Source: Candidatus Poribacteria bacterium
GTDB lineage: Bacteria; Poribacteria; WGA-4E; WGA-3G
Direction of reading: 5' to 3'
Assembly: GCA_963665235.2 (NCBI GenBank)
Contig: CAXXLX010000001.1
Span: 4,288,001-4,352,000, forward strand
DNA length: 64,000 nt
Positions 48,013 through 58,288 of this stretch are shown here, one piece after another (positions within the stretch are counted from its first letter, which is position 1; each line of letters begins with the position of its first letter). The translations under genes and the position numbers were made by a program. Under the pieces are notes generated by a model, which was not told where the DNA came from, did no database searches, and saw only the letters and a list, made by a program, of their open reading frames with translations.

Positions 48013-49062
48013 TCACTCTGTAATTTCCAGTTTTTTCTCAATATCGGGATGAATAACACCGCTAGATGTCTCAAAACGGAGGGTGACCGACACCGTTTTT
48101 TGTTGTCCATCCGCATTTATCATGCAACGCAATGCTTTAGTTTCTGATTCGCCGTGCGCGATGTTCCCAAACTTTAGCTCCCAATCATTGAAATCCGGAT
48201 TGCCACTGATGGTTTTTACGGTTAACCCGGTAAGTACAGCACTGCTGGTATTTCTCACACGGACTGTTAATGTCGTTTTTTCCCCGGCGCGTAAACGGGC
48301 TTTGCTCCAGTTTGCATCTACTTGAACCTGGTGGGCAGAACGGATAGGGGGTTCTAAATCAAACTGTGTGATGGGTTCTGAAGGCACAGAGAGCCCTGAA
48401 ACAGTGTAATCTTTTTTGTACCGCTTTCCGCCAACCTCTGTAGACACTCGAAACTTAAGCGATTCAATGTTTCGGAGGTATGGTGGATTGCCGAGATCTG
48501 CTAGAAAATCTCTGAACTCAATCCGTTCGGTCCCAGTTATTGTGGTGTAATTTGTGCTAAGTCCTGCCTGGTCGGGAAGTTCAATGCGGTAGGGATGTCC
48601 TGTCAGCGGTTGTTTTGGCTGTTTTATGTTATGCCGATCGAACGTATAGGCGAAACCCCAGTAAAGTAGAATGTCTATCGGCACGCCTATCAGGACCGCC
48701 TTTTCCCACAGTTCCGAATCTTCCCAGTCGAAAGTATCATCTGAAAAGTCAAACGTATTATCGTGGTCCCAATTGTCGTAGAAAACTTTTCCTAAAAGTC
48801 CGAGAGCAGCAAGTCCTATTCCCAGGTCGTTAAGTGTTATCCGGGGTTTATAGATATTATAGGGTTGACGTTCTAGCTTTACAGTGAGACTGTTGTCTAT
48901 TGCATCAAAACCGACTTGGAAGTCCAGTGCCATGTTGATTTTATTGGCGTTTTTGACACCGTATCCCATCCGAGTTTCAGCGAATCGTGCTACCGAGCAA
49001 CCTGTTATATTTAATATTAATATCAAAAAACTGAGTGTCAATAGGAGTGAGCTTTGTTTCAT
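48013..49062 (-). CDS. Putative lipoprotein with C-terminal Ig-like domain
   Basis: Lipobox-like ITGC; co-oriented with the metacaspase gene. Confidence 0.6.
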   Translation of the reverse strand: MKQSSLLLTLSFLILILNITGCSVARFAETRMGYGVKNANKINMALDFQVGFDAIDNSLTVKLERQPYNIYKPRITLNDLGIGLAALGLLGKVFYDNWDHDNTFDFSDDTFDWEDSELWEKAVLIGVPIDILLYWGFAYTFDRHNIKQPKQPLTGHPYRIELPDQAGLSTNYTTITGTERIEFRDFLADLGNPPYLRNIESLKFRVSTEVGGKRYKKDYTVSGLSVPSEPITQFDLEPPIRSAHQVQVDANWSKARLRAGEKTTLTVRVRNTSSAVLTGLTVKTISGNPDFNDWELKFGNIAHGESETKALRCMINADGQQKTVSVTLRFETSSGVIHPDIEKKLEITE

Positions 49063-49110
49063 AAACACCTACTATTTTAATTTTGGGACGAATGCTGATT
49101 TTTGTATAAG

Positions 49111-49268
49111 TATACCCAAGTTGCTACTTATAAGTTTTTAGACTTGGAAACACCGTCTTTAATGGAAACATGCTGATAATGAGCTAATATTTGTAGCGTC
49201 CACTTTTAGTTTGCACACAAATATGCACAATCTGGAAGATTATGCTACTATGTGGCAACTTAGGTATA
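49111..49268. mobile_element. MITE family B, copy 2
   Basis: TATACCCAAGTTGC...GCAACTTAGGTATA, collinear with 21792-21947. Confidence 0.8.
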
Positions 49269-49554
49269 AGTATACAAAATTTGCATAAAAATTTCAAGAG
49301 GATAATAAATTTGAGTGTGTAAATATTTCGTACTTATGTGTCAATAATGCGGAAAACACGCTAAACCTCCAATCACAAAACTTCGATTGTTACGCAGGTT
49401 AAAATCCGCGTAATCCGATAAATCCGCGATAATCTGCGATTTGCGGCGTACTCGCCCAAATGCGCCGGGCATTCAGACAACACACACGCTAAATCCCTTC
49501 TTCCATTCTTCCTCTCTTCCACCCTTCCAATTTTCCAATCTTCGCGAACCGGCA

Positions 49555-50502
49555 TTAGAGCGAATCACCCTCTTGACGGGGTTGCTCTAATAACCGGCTT
49601 GCTGCCATTTTTAGACTTTGTTCGTTGCGTCGCTGTCGCACCCGGTGCCAGACAAGCCCACGGTTCGGTGCAAAGGCAATTGAGAATCCCACGACGGCTG
49701 TTGCACAGAGGACAATCGTTGGACCGGTGGGGATACGGGCAGCACTGCTGCTGATAAGGGTTCCGCTTACACCTGCAAGCGCGCCGAAGCACGCAGCGAG
49801 AAACACCATCAACCCGAGCCGGTCCGTCCACTGCCGCGCAGCAACGGCTGGCGCGACCAACATTGCACTCATTAACACCGCACCGACCGCTTGCAAACCG
49901 AGGACGATTGCGATTACGAGAAGACTTGTTAAAAGAACGTCAAGTGCGCGGATAGGGAAACCGAGCGAAGCAGCGAAACCCTCATCGAAAACCAACAGTT
50001 TCAACTCTTTCCAAAAAACGAGCATAACGATAATGGCGATACCGCCGAGGATGCCTATTGTTAAAACATCCCGTTTCAGAATTGTGGCGGCTTGTCCGAA
50101 GAGAAACGTATCCAACCCCGCTTGATTCGCATTGCCGGTGCGCTGAATAAGTGTATGGAGTACGAGACCGAATCCGAAGAAGGTCGAAAGCACGATGGCG
50201 AGCGCGCTATCGTCCTTAATCCGTGTGAGCCGCACAATACTCATAATGAGCAACGTGCCTAACCAGCCTGCTATTGCCGCACCGAGAACGAGAATCAGCG
50301 GCGTTTTGCTGCCTGTGAGGAGAAAGGCAATTGCAATGCCGGGCAGGGCAGCATGTGAGATGGCATCCCCAAGCAAGCTCTGCCGACGCAAAACGGCGTA
50401 GGTACCGAGTGAGCCGCTGACTGTTCCAAGCAGTGCTGTCCCTGCAGTGACAACCATCAGTGTATAATCAAAAAGAATAGGTATTTGTAAAAAATTGCGC
50501 AT
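49555..50502 (-). CDS. Mn/Zn/Fe ABC permease (TroC-like)
   Basis: SLLGDAISHAALPG, LFGQAA, KELKLLVFD, PTGP. Confidence 0.9.
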   Translation of the reverse strand: MRNFLQIPILFDYTLMVVTAGTALLGTVSGSLGTYAVLRRQSLLGDAISHAALPGIAIAFLLTGSKTPLILVLGAAIAGWLGTLLIMSIVRLTRIKDDSALAIVLSTFFGFGLVLHTLIQRTGNANQAGLDTFLFGQAATILKRDVLTIGILGGIAIIVMLVFWKELKLLVFDEGFAASLGFPIRALDVLLTSLLVIAIVLGLQAVGAVLMSAMLVAPAVAARQWTDRLGLMVFLAACFGALAGVSGTLISSSAARIPTGPTIVLCATAVVGFSIAFAPNRGLVWHRVRQRRNEQSLKMAASRLLEQPRQEGDSL

Positions 50503-50515
50503 GATTTGGGTGCTA

Positions 50516-51259
50516 TCACCTGTTTTTGATGAAGGCAACACGGCCGCCATAAGTCTCCCGTAAATTTTCGGAAGTGAACGTTTCCTCAACGGGGCCACTG
50601 GCGATGCGCCGCACGTTCAATAGCGTCACCCAATCGAAGTAGTCGGTGACGGTTTGGAGGTCATGGTGTACCACAACGACAGTTTTGCCATTTTCACGGA
50701 GTTCTTGCAATAAAGCGATGATAGCGCGTTCGGTGGTAGCATCTACCCCCTGGAAGGGTTCATCCATCAGATAGATTGTAGCATCTTGGACGAGTGCGCG
50801 TGCAAGAAAAACGCGTTGCTGTTGTCCACCGGAGAGTTGGCTTATTTGTCGGGAGGTATACGTCTCCATTCCGACCTTCTCCAACGCCTGCATTGCGAGT
50901 TCGCGTTCCCGTTTTCCCGGACGCCGTATCCATCCCAATGTGCCGTATCGACCCATCATGACGACATCTAATACGTTCGTTGGAAAATCCCAGTCAACAC
51001 TGCCACGTTGTGGTACATAACCGACAATGCGGCGTTGTGCTTCATAAGGTTTATTGTAAATTAGGACGCGTCCTGCAGCGGGACGTACCAACCCTAAAAT
51101 GGCCTTAATTAGCGTGGTTTTACCAGCACCGTTGGGGCCGACAATTGCCAGAAGTACGCCTGGGGGCACATTTAGGTCAACATCCCACAAAACAGGTGTC
51201 TCCTGATAGGCAACTGTCAAGTCAGTTACCTCAATAGCTTTGGCATCAAGTTCGCGCAC
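50516..51259 (-). CDS. Metal ABC transporter ATPase (TroB-like)
   Basis: [25 protein letters not shown]. Confidence 0.92.
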   Translation of the reverse strand: MRELDAKAIEVTDLTVAYQETPVLWDVDLNVPPGVLLAIVGPNGAGKTTLIKAILGLVRPAAGRVLIYNKPYEAQRRIVGYVPQRGSVDWDFPTNVLDVVMMGRYGTLGWIRRPGKRERELAMQALEKVGMETYTSRQISQLSGGQQQRVFLARALVQDATIYLMDEPFQGVDATTERAIIALLQELRENGKTVVVVHHDLQTVTDYFDWVTLLNVRRIASGPVEETFTSENLRETYGGRVAFIKNR

Positions 51260-51260
51260 T

Positions 51261-52238
51261 TTACTTCTCCGTTATAGACACGGTCGGTTCATCAGGTGTG
51301 GCTGTCAAGGCTTTTACAATCAGATCAATGTTGTACCGCATCATGCCGATATAGGTGCCTTCAGGTGTGCCAGCGTCTCCCATAGCGTCAGAGAAAAGTT
51401 CGCCGCCGATTTGCACGTCAAACCCTCTTGCCTTGACCGCAGCTTTGACAGCTTCAAGGTTGCGTGAAGAGACCGATGTTTCCACAAAAATTGCGGGAAT
51501 ACGCCGGTCTGCAATAAATGTAGCCAATTCCTGCACGTCAGCGATGCCCGCTTCTGTTGTGGTGCTAATTCCCTGTAGCCCGCGGACCTCAAATCCGTAG
51601 GCTCTGCCGAAATAGCTAAAAGCATCGTGTGCCGTCACGACTACGCGTTGTTCAGGGGACACTAAGGCCGCCTGGGTCTTTACGTATTGGTGCAGCTCTG
51701 CAAGTTCAGCGAGGTAACGCTTGGCGTTGTCCTGATATATAGATGCGCCCTCGGTATCGTTCTCGCTGAGCACATCTCGTACCTTTTCTACAGCCTTCAT
51801 CCAGAGCGTCACGTCGAACCAGAGGTGCGGGTCGTATAGCCCTTGGCAACATCCAAATTCCGGAGGTGTTAAGAGTAGCGATTCGTCAACACCCGCTGTG
51901 ACTGCGAAGGTTTTTGTGTTTCCTGTCATCTTGGCAAGGACATCCCCCATCTTTGCCTCAAGGTGGTGCCCGTTATAGAAGATGAATTGCGCAGCACTCA
52001 GTCGCTGTTGGTCATTTGGGGTCAGTTTATAGAGATGCGGGTCAACCCCTGGTCCCATAAGTCCTATCACCTCGAGGCGTTCGCCGCCGACGTTTTTGAC
52101 AATATCGGTAATCATACCGATTGTTGTGACAACCCGGATTTTTCCATCTTCTGTGGTACCGTTATCCTGTTTTTTGGTATCACATCCGGTATAGACAAGT
52201 ATAGCTATTGTGCATAACAGAATGTAGAATTTTTTCAT
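51261..52238 (-). CDS. Metal ABC transporter substrate-binding lipoprotein (TroA-like)
   Basis: Lipobox TGC, GVDPHLY, DPHLW, HDAF.YF, LFSD. Confidence 0.92.
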   Translation of the reverse strand: MKKFYILLCTIAILVYTGCDTKKQDNGTTEDGKIRVVTTIGMITDIVKNVGGERLEVIGLMGPGVDPHLYKLTPNDQQRLSAAQFIFYNGHHLEAKMGDVLAKMTGNTKTFAVTAGVDESLLLTPPEFGCCQGLYDPHLWFDVTLWMKAVEKVRDVLSENDTEGASIYQDNAKRYLAELAELHQYVKTQAALVSPEQRVVVTAHDAFSYFGRAYGFEVRGLQGISTTTEAGIADVQELATFIADRRIPAIFVETSVSSRNLEAVKAAVKARGFDVQIGGELFSDAMGDAGTPEGTYIGMMRYNIDLIVKALTATPDEPTVSITEK

Positions 52239-52242
52239 GTTT

Positions 52243-53379
52243 TTAGTTTCCTATCCAGAAGTATTCTAAGATTACGCCGACGATGGAGCCAATTCCTGCA
52301 ACTCCGAGGCCGACAACAAACATATCAATGCCGCTCCGAATTAATCCGCGTCCGGTGAAAAGACTACGCGCGGCTCCGACGATGAAATGGGACAGCATAG
52401 CGAGGCTGAAAGCAATCCATATCGCGGTTGCCCCCGTGGTAAAGAGAAAAGGTGCAACCGGAATAAACGCACCGAGGGCTGTTGCAATCCCGGTAATCCA
52501 TCCCTCTTTGAGGGGGGTTGCATGGGTCTTACCAATTTTAAGTTCCGCTTGGATTTTTTCCTCAAGGGCACGTTCCGGGTCGCTCATTAACTCCTCGGCG
52601 AGCAGACGCGCCTGTTCCTTAGGTACGCCGCGTGCCGCGTAAATAAGGACAAGTTCTTCCTCCTCAAGGTCAGGCATGAGTCGAATTTCCTCTCTCTCTA
52701 CCTCTATTTCGTGTTCATAAACCTCCTGTTCACTCTTCGCGGCAAGATAGCCCGACGCGCCCATAGAGAGTGCATCGACCACAGTGCCGACGATGCCTGT
52801 CAACAGAAGCGTTCTTGGGTCTTGTGTGGCGACAATAACGCCCGCGACTAAACCGAAGTTTGCCGTTAAGCCATCATTAAACCCGTAAACGATAGTGCCG
52901 ACCATTCCGCCGGATTCAGTTTTGTGCCACGGTTCATCACTGGAGCCGGTGAGTTGCTGTAAGTTCTCAGTATGCATAGCGGATTCTCTAGCTAAAATAA
53001 GTGCAGTCTCTTTTGCGTCGGGCAACGTGCTGCTCTTATGAAGTGCTAGATAATCTTTAACCTCCCCCGCTTCCTCGTTCAGCATCCGGGCAAGTGGAAA
53101 TGCACTGCCAAATTTTCGGGCGTACCACGCCATGAGTCTTGCTTTTAAAGTCGGTTTCGGTGTTTTAATTTGGACGTTGTATGAAGTCAGTATCTCTTCC
53201 CAACGTTCTACGTGTCGGCTTTCCACATCAGCAAGTTCGAGTAAGATTTCTTTCCGCTCAGCAGCCTCTTCAAGCTCAGCGAAGACACTGTAGAGGTAGC
53301 TGGCATCGACTTCATCTTGTAGATGGTGTTTCCAGATTTTAATAGTTTTTTTATCTGGGTGTCCCTGTTTTTGTTCCAT
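52243..53379 (-). CDS. VIT1/CCC1 transporter with N-terminal rubrerythrin-like domain
   Basis: DE.DA..LY, E.RH; VYGFNDGL, SMGASGYL, EE.EL. Confidence 0.85.
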   Translation of the reverse strand: MEQKQGHPDKKTIKIWKHHLQDEVDASYLYSVFAELEEAAERKEILLELADVESRHVERWEEILTSYNVQIKTPKPTLKARLMAWYARKFGSAFPLARMLNEEAGEVKDYLALHKSSTLPDAKETALILARESAMHTENLQQLTGSSDEPWHKTESGGMVGTIVYGFNDGLTANFGLVAGVIVATQDPRTLLLTGIVGTVVDALSMGASGYLAAKSEQEVYEHEIEVEREEIRLMPDLEEEELVLIYAARGVPKEQARLLAEELMSDPERALEEKIQAELKIGKTHATPLKEGWITGIATALGAFIPVAPFLFTTGATAIWIAFSLAMLSHFIVGAARSLFTGRGLIRSGIDMFVVGLGVAGIGSIVGVILEYFWIGN

Positions 53380-53720
53380 TTTTTAAGATTTCCTTGCGGT
53401 TCGTTAAGGATATAAGTAAGAAATACGTGTTCTTCCGTATATCCAGCACGGCGCGTTGCTTGTGCTTACATTTTTTGACTTTTGACTTGACTATAGTGAC
53501 ATTTAGAATTAAAGGGACATGTTGTAGAGCAACTTTATGAAGATTAATTTTTTCGGTAATCCTGCTCTCTTTTCTGTCTGAATCGCGGATTAGCGCAGAG
53601 GACGCGGAAACGCGGAATTAAGAGAGCCTTTAGTTACCGACCCATCTCTTGCGAAAGGAAATGTCCGAGACACAAAACCATTTTCCGCGTCCTCTGTTTT
53701 CTCCTAATATGTAAGCGCGT

Positions 53721-54398
53721 CTACGTATCGTCTATATCTGGCCCTTGCACCTTATCGACGAAAATATGTTTTGCGACCTCCCGTCCGATGACCGCCTGCT
53801 GTCCCGCAATGTCAATAGTGAAGGGGCCCTCAAAAGGGGCAACCTCAATAACACGGAATGCTGTACCGGGGTAAAGGTTAAAACCGCCAAGATGTCGGAG
53901 CAGTGCAGAGTCGTCATCGTTCACTTCAGCGACAACACAAGATTGGCCGGTCCGTAGGTCCGTCATTGGGACAGATGGCGTTTTTGTCACGACCCCGTTT
54001 TTATCCGGTATGGGTGCACCGTGTGGGTCCGTGGTCGGATATCCGAGAATCTCATCCATCCGTGCCTCTACATCTTCAGAGATGACGTGTTCCAATTTTT
54101 CGGCTTCTTCGTGGACACCATCCCACGGTACGCCGAGTGCTTTGAATAGGTAAAGCTCCAATAAACGGTGATGGCGAATGATTTCAAGCGCGATGGCTCT
54201 GCCCGCCTCTGTCAGCGTCACCTCCTGATACCGTTCGTGGTTGACTAGCTTCATCGCCTTCAACTTTTTAATCATCCCCGTCGCCGATGCGGGTTTAACG
54301 TTGAGGTATTCTGCCAAAAGTCCAGTCGAAACTTTACCGCCCTTTTCCTGTAGCTTGTAAATTGATTTTAGGTAATCCTCAGCTGCATGTGTAAGCAT
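53721..54398 (-). CDS. DtxR/MntR-family metal-dependent repressor with FeoA domain
   Basis: EDYLKSIY, RHHRLLELYL, EAEKLEH, DPHGAPIP. Confidence 0.92.
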   Translation of the reverse strand: MLTHAAEDYLKSIYKLQEKGGKVSTGLLAEYLNVKPASATGMIKKLKAMKLVNHERYQEVTLTEAGRAIALEIIRHHRLLELYLFKALGVPWDGVHEEAEKLEHVISEDVEARMDEILGYPTTDPHGAPIPDKNGVVTKTPSVPMTDLRTGQSCVVAEVNDDDSALLRHLGGFNLYPGTAFRVIEVAPFEGPFTIDIAGQQAVIGREVAKHIFVDKVQGPDIDDT

Positions 54399-54435
54399 TC
54401 GATTTTTCCAATTTAGACACTCGGTGCTAAAATTA

Positions 54436-54475
54436 TTAGACGTGTCTATAAATTAATTTAGGTATAACTAAATTA
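54436..54475. promoter_or_regulatory. Putative DtxR/MntR operator palindromes
   Basis: TAGAC-GT-GTCTA and TAATTTAG-GTATAA-CTAAATTA directly upstream of the repressor gene. Confidence 0.6.
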
Positions 54476-54531
54476 TATCTTAATGTCCATAAAATTGTCA
54501 AGCAATTTTTTCATAAATTCTGAAATTGGAG

Positions 54532-55584
54532 TTAAAATTCGTTGTAAACCTTGACAGGTTGACCCGTTTCAATGGATTTCCATGCAGCAACGCCGACAGC
54601 AATAGACTTCGCGCCATCAATCACATTCGGGGAGGGTTCCGTATTGTGTTTTAGGCAGTGTTGAAAATGCCGCATGTACCGGATAACGGTTTGTCCGTGT
54701 CCGTAAACGCTTGTGTCAACTTCGGCGGGGACCGTCATTTCAAAAGGCACTCTTGCGGTTGCCTTATCAAGCATGAGTTTAACCGTGCCTTCCGTGTTAT
54801 CGGTGAATTCCCCAATCATTGTGGCTTTAGTGCCGTAAAGGGACACCTGCATCATCGGCATCGGTGGGTGGACGACATCGTAAAGCCCCATCGCCCTTGC
54901 AATCTGGCCGCTCTTAAACTTCAGGTTGAGAAAAAAGTTGTTCATGATAGGGTATTCGGGCGTGAGCGTGCCTTTCGCGCCGTAAGCGTGTACCTCTTCA
55001 ACATCACCGAGGAAACTTCGTAGAATGTCAACGGGGTGCACAACACCGCCGAACATTAGGTCTTGTGGGGTGTGCAGTCGCCACGGCGTGAAGTCGTAAA
55101 CATCCCGCAGGTCGTGTACATAATATGCGTCTGCCACCATGAGGTCGCCTAGGTCGCCATCGTCAAAGAGTCGTTTCATCGTCAAAAACTGTAGGTCAAA
55201 CCGCATTGTCTGCCCAACAAGGAATTTGACATCGTGTTGGCGAACTAGGGCTACCAACCGTTGTGCATCTGCTAAGGTTGTCACCATTGGTTTTGTGCAG
55301 ACGACGTGTTTGCCAGCTTCAATAGCGGCGATGCAATGTTCCGCGTGCAGATGGTCCGGCGAATAAACAGCGATGACAGAAATATCATCGCGCTGAACCA
55401 ATTCACGATAATCTGTCGTCCAGAACGCCACACCGAGCTGTTTGGCATAGTTTTCCAGAACATCCGGCCGCTTTGCACAAATACCGCGGAGTTCGTAATT
55501 TAGGTCTGGTACATCTTTCAAAAGTGCCGTGGTTGACCCCATATTGGTAGGATTCATCCCAATAACGCCTAATCCGATTGCCAT
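54532..55584 (-). CDS. Gfo/Idh/MocA oxidoreductase
   Basis: GLGVIG, PDHLH, GKHVVCTKP. Confidence 0.85.
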   Translation of the reverse strand: MAIGLGVIGMNPTNMGSTTALLKDVPDLNYELRGICAKRPDVLENYAKQLGVAFWTTDYRELVQRDDISVIAVYSPDHLHAEHCIAAIEAGKHVVCTKPMVTTLADAQRLVALVRQHDVKFLVGQTMRFDLQFLTMKRLFDDGDLGDLMVADAYYVHDLRDVYDFTPWRLHTPQDLMFGGVVHPVDILRSFLGDVEEVHAYGAKGTLTPEYPIMNNFFLNLKFKSGQIARAMGLYDVVHPPMPMMQVSLYGTKATMIGEFTDNTEGTVKLMLDKATARVPFEMTVPAEVDTSVYGHGQTVIRYMRHFQHCLKHNTEPSPNVIDGAKSIAVGVAAWKSIETGQPVKVYNEF

Positions 55585-55903
55585 TTTGTGTCTCCTCACT
55601 TGAAGTTGTTGATTTTTGGAACATTCTATCACGATTACTTTTTTTGGTCAAGAAATTTATGAACTAAGAGTGTGTGAAATTTTTGTAAATATGATAGAGG
55701 GAAGGGTGGAAGGGTGGAAGAGGGGACGGATGGAAGGATGGAAGAGGGGACGGATGGAAGAGGGGATTTCGCGTCTGTCCTGTCTGAATCGCGGAAGGCA
55801 CAGAGGACACAGAGGACGCGGAAAAAGAGGGTTGTTGCTAACATCTACGGATTTTTTGTCTGAACCGGGGATTATCGCGCATTACACGGATTGCGTGGAT
55901 TGT

Positions 55904-56056
55904 AATACCATTTCTAATTGAAAATGTCTCTTTCTTGTAGCATAAACTTCCAGTTTGTGTGCTTTATTGTAGCATAAACTTCCAGTTTGTGTCTTCCGTT
56001 CTCCGTTTCATTTCTAACAACCGGTAATGATAGAATAATTAATAAAAATGGTATAA
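55904..56056 (-). mobile_element. MITE family A copy with 2 REP units
   Basis: ATACCATTTCTAATTG...AAAAATGGTATAA. Confidence 0.75.
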
Positions 56057-56676
56057 GATGCGTAACACGCCAAGTTTTGTGATTATAGGTTAGGGTGTTG
56101 TTGCTTCTATAAACATTCCGCCCCGCTGGGGCTAGTTTGTGGTGTGGTTGCGTTTGCTATAAACATTCCGCCCCGCTGGGGCTGCGTTTTCGCACATCCT
56201 ATCCTATTTTTCTCTTATTTGTCCTTGTGTGAGAAACTTTGAGAAAAATAGACACCGCTAGTCACAAAACTTTGATTGTTCCGCCTCTTTTTTCCGCGTC
56301 CTCCGCGTTCTCCGCGCCTTCCGCGATTCAGACAAGCAAGCACACAACCCCCCCCTCTTAGCCCCATCCGGGCGAAATGTTTCATGGGCGAGAACCTCTT
56401 CTTTCCGCGTTCTCCGCGTCCTCCGCGCCTTCCGCGATTCAGACAGCACCCGCGAAATCCCCTCTTCCATCCTTCCCCTCTTCCACCCTTCCCCTCTTCC
56501 ATCCTTCCCCTCTTCCACCCTTCCACCCTTCCATCCTTCCCCTCTTCCACCCTTCCCGCTATCATAATTACAAAAACTGGACACACCCATTATTGATTAT
56601 TAATTTTTTTGCTGGACAAAATTATGAGAAACGTGTATGATGGTTAAAGTGAATAATTTTAAAGGCAGATATATCT

Positions 56677-58191
56677 ATGACTTCCACAAAAAAACCTATC
56701 CGCTGGTGGCCGATTTTTAGCATCGCTGGTCTCGCTCTCCTGGGCATCGGACTGATCTGGTTTATGGATGCTGACCATCGTCAAGACGAAATTATCAAGA
56801 CAATCATGGTGCTGCTCCTTACGGTGATTCTTGCAGTGTTGTGGCTGCTATGCTTCTCTCGGCTCGCCTGGCGGGTTAAACTCGTTGCTGCTGCTGTGCT
56901 CATCTTAGGGGGTGTAGCGTGCGGTAGTCTTTTCCAATTTGACGGTTTTAGCGGCGACCTTGTTCCTAAATTTAAGCTGCGATGGGACAAGAAAACCGCG
57001 GAGCCCACTGTTTCGAACCCATCCGAACGCGTTCCTGAAAGTTATCAGATGGATTATCCACAGTTCCTCGGCCCGAACCGGAATGCAGTAATAACCAATG
57101 TCAAATTGAAACGGAATTGGGAGGAACACCCACCCACTTTAGTGTGGCGGAAACCGGTCGGTGCTGGCTGGTCAGGTTTTGCTGTGGCTGGCAATTTCGC
57201 AATCACACAGGAACAGGAGGGCGACTGGGAAAAAGTTGTCTGTTACGACTTGCACACCGGGGATATCAAGTGGAGCCATCGCGACCGGGCGAGATACGAC
57301 ACCGCCCTTGCAGGGCTCGGCCCCCGAGCCACCCCAACGATTGATAAATCAAAGGTTTACACGCTCGGCTCAACCGGTATTCTGAACTGTTTAGAGCTCA
57401 ATACTGGGCAACCCCTCTGGTCAAAGAATGTCTTTGAGGCACACGGTGCGGGAACACCGCCCTGGGGCGTGAGCAGTTCACCGCTTGTGCTTAACGACAT
57501 CGTCGTCGTCAGTGCTGGGGGAGCAGTAGCATATCACACGGAAACGGGGGAGGTTGCATGGATAGGACACAGAACCCGCACCGGTTACAGCTCACCGTTC
57601 GTCACAACCTTAGCAGGCACCGAGCAAATTATCCTCTTTAACCAGGGGCTTGTCACCGCGCATGAGCCCGCAACTGGAGAGCTCTTATGGAAGCAACCGT
57701 GGCCAAGGGCGGAATGTGTGGCACAACCAATGCCGCTGTCCGGGGACCAACTGCTCGTCTCAACCGGGTATGGTGTCGGTGCGAAGCTGTTTCAGGTTAC
57801 ACGTAACCCGACAGCAGACTTTAACGTTTCTCTTATATGGGAAACCATCTATCTCAAAGCAAAATTCACTACTATTATCTATCACGCGGGCTACCTATAT
57901 GGTCTTGACGATGGTATTTTCGCTTGCGTGAAGCTAGCCGATGGGACACGCCAATGGAAACGCGGCAGGTATGGACATGGACAGACACTTCTGGTCTCGG
58001 ATGTCCTGCTGGTCCTTACGGAATCTGGAGAGGTTGTCCTACTAGAACCGACACCGGAATCGCATAGAGAACTCGCGCGGTTCAGAGCGTTGACCGGGCA
58101 CACGACCTGGAACACACCGGCACTTGCTGGCAGCTATCTGCTTGTCCGAAACAACCGAGAAGCCGCCTGTTATCAGCTACCGACAGAATAG
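56677..58191 (+). CDS. Membrane-anchored PQQ-like beta-propeller protein
   Basis: Three N-terminal TM helices; PQFLGPNRN, GPRATP, GYSSP, TG...W repeats. Confidence 0.8.
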   Translation: MTSTKKPIRWWPIFSIAGLALLGIGLIWFMDADHRQDEIIKTIMVLLLTVILAVLWLLCFSRLAWRVKLVAAAVLILGGVACGSLFQFDGFSGDLVPKFKLRWDKKTAEPTVSNPSERVPESYQMDYPQFLGPNRNAVITNVKLKRNWEEHPPTLVWRKPVGAGWSGFAVAGNFAITQEQEGDWEKVVCYDLHTGDIKWSHRDRARYDTALAGLGPRATPTIDKSKVYTLGSTGILNCLELNTGQPLWSKNVFEAHGAGTPPWGVSSSPLVLNDIVVVSAGGAVAYHTETGEVAWIGHRTRTGYSSPFVTTLAGTEQIILFNQGLVTAHEPATGELLWKQPWPRAECVAQPMPLSGDQLLVSTGYGVGAKLFQVTRNPTADFNVSLIWETIYLKAKFTTIIYHAGYLYGLDDGIFACVKLADGTRQWKRGRYGHGQTLLVSDVLLVLTESGEVVLLEPTPESHRELARFRALTGHTTWNTPALAGSYLLVRNNREAACYQLPTE

Positions 58192-58288
58192 CGTGCTATC
58201 CAGAAAATGGCAGCATTACAAAAAATGCAAAAGCAATCATACTCCCTACTCATCGGGGATAACCTACAGAAAGGAAGACAAAATACTG

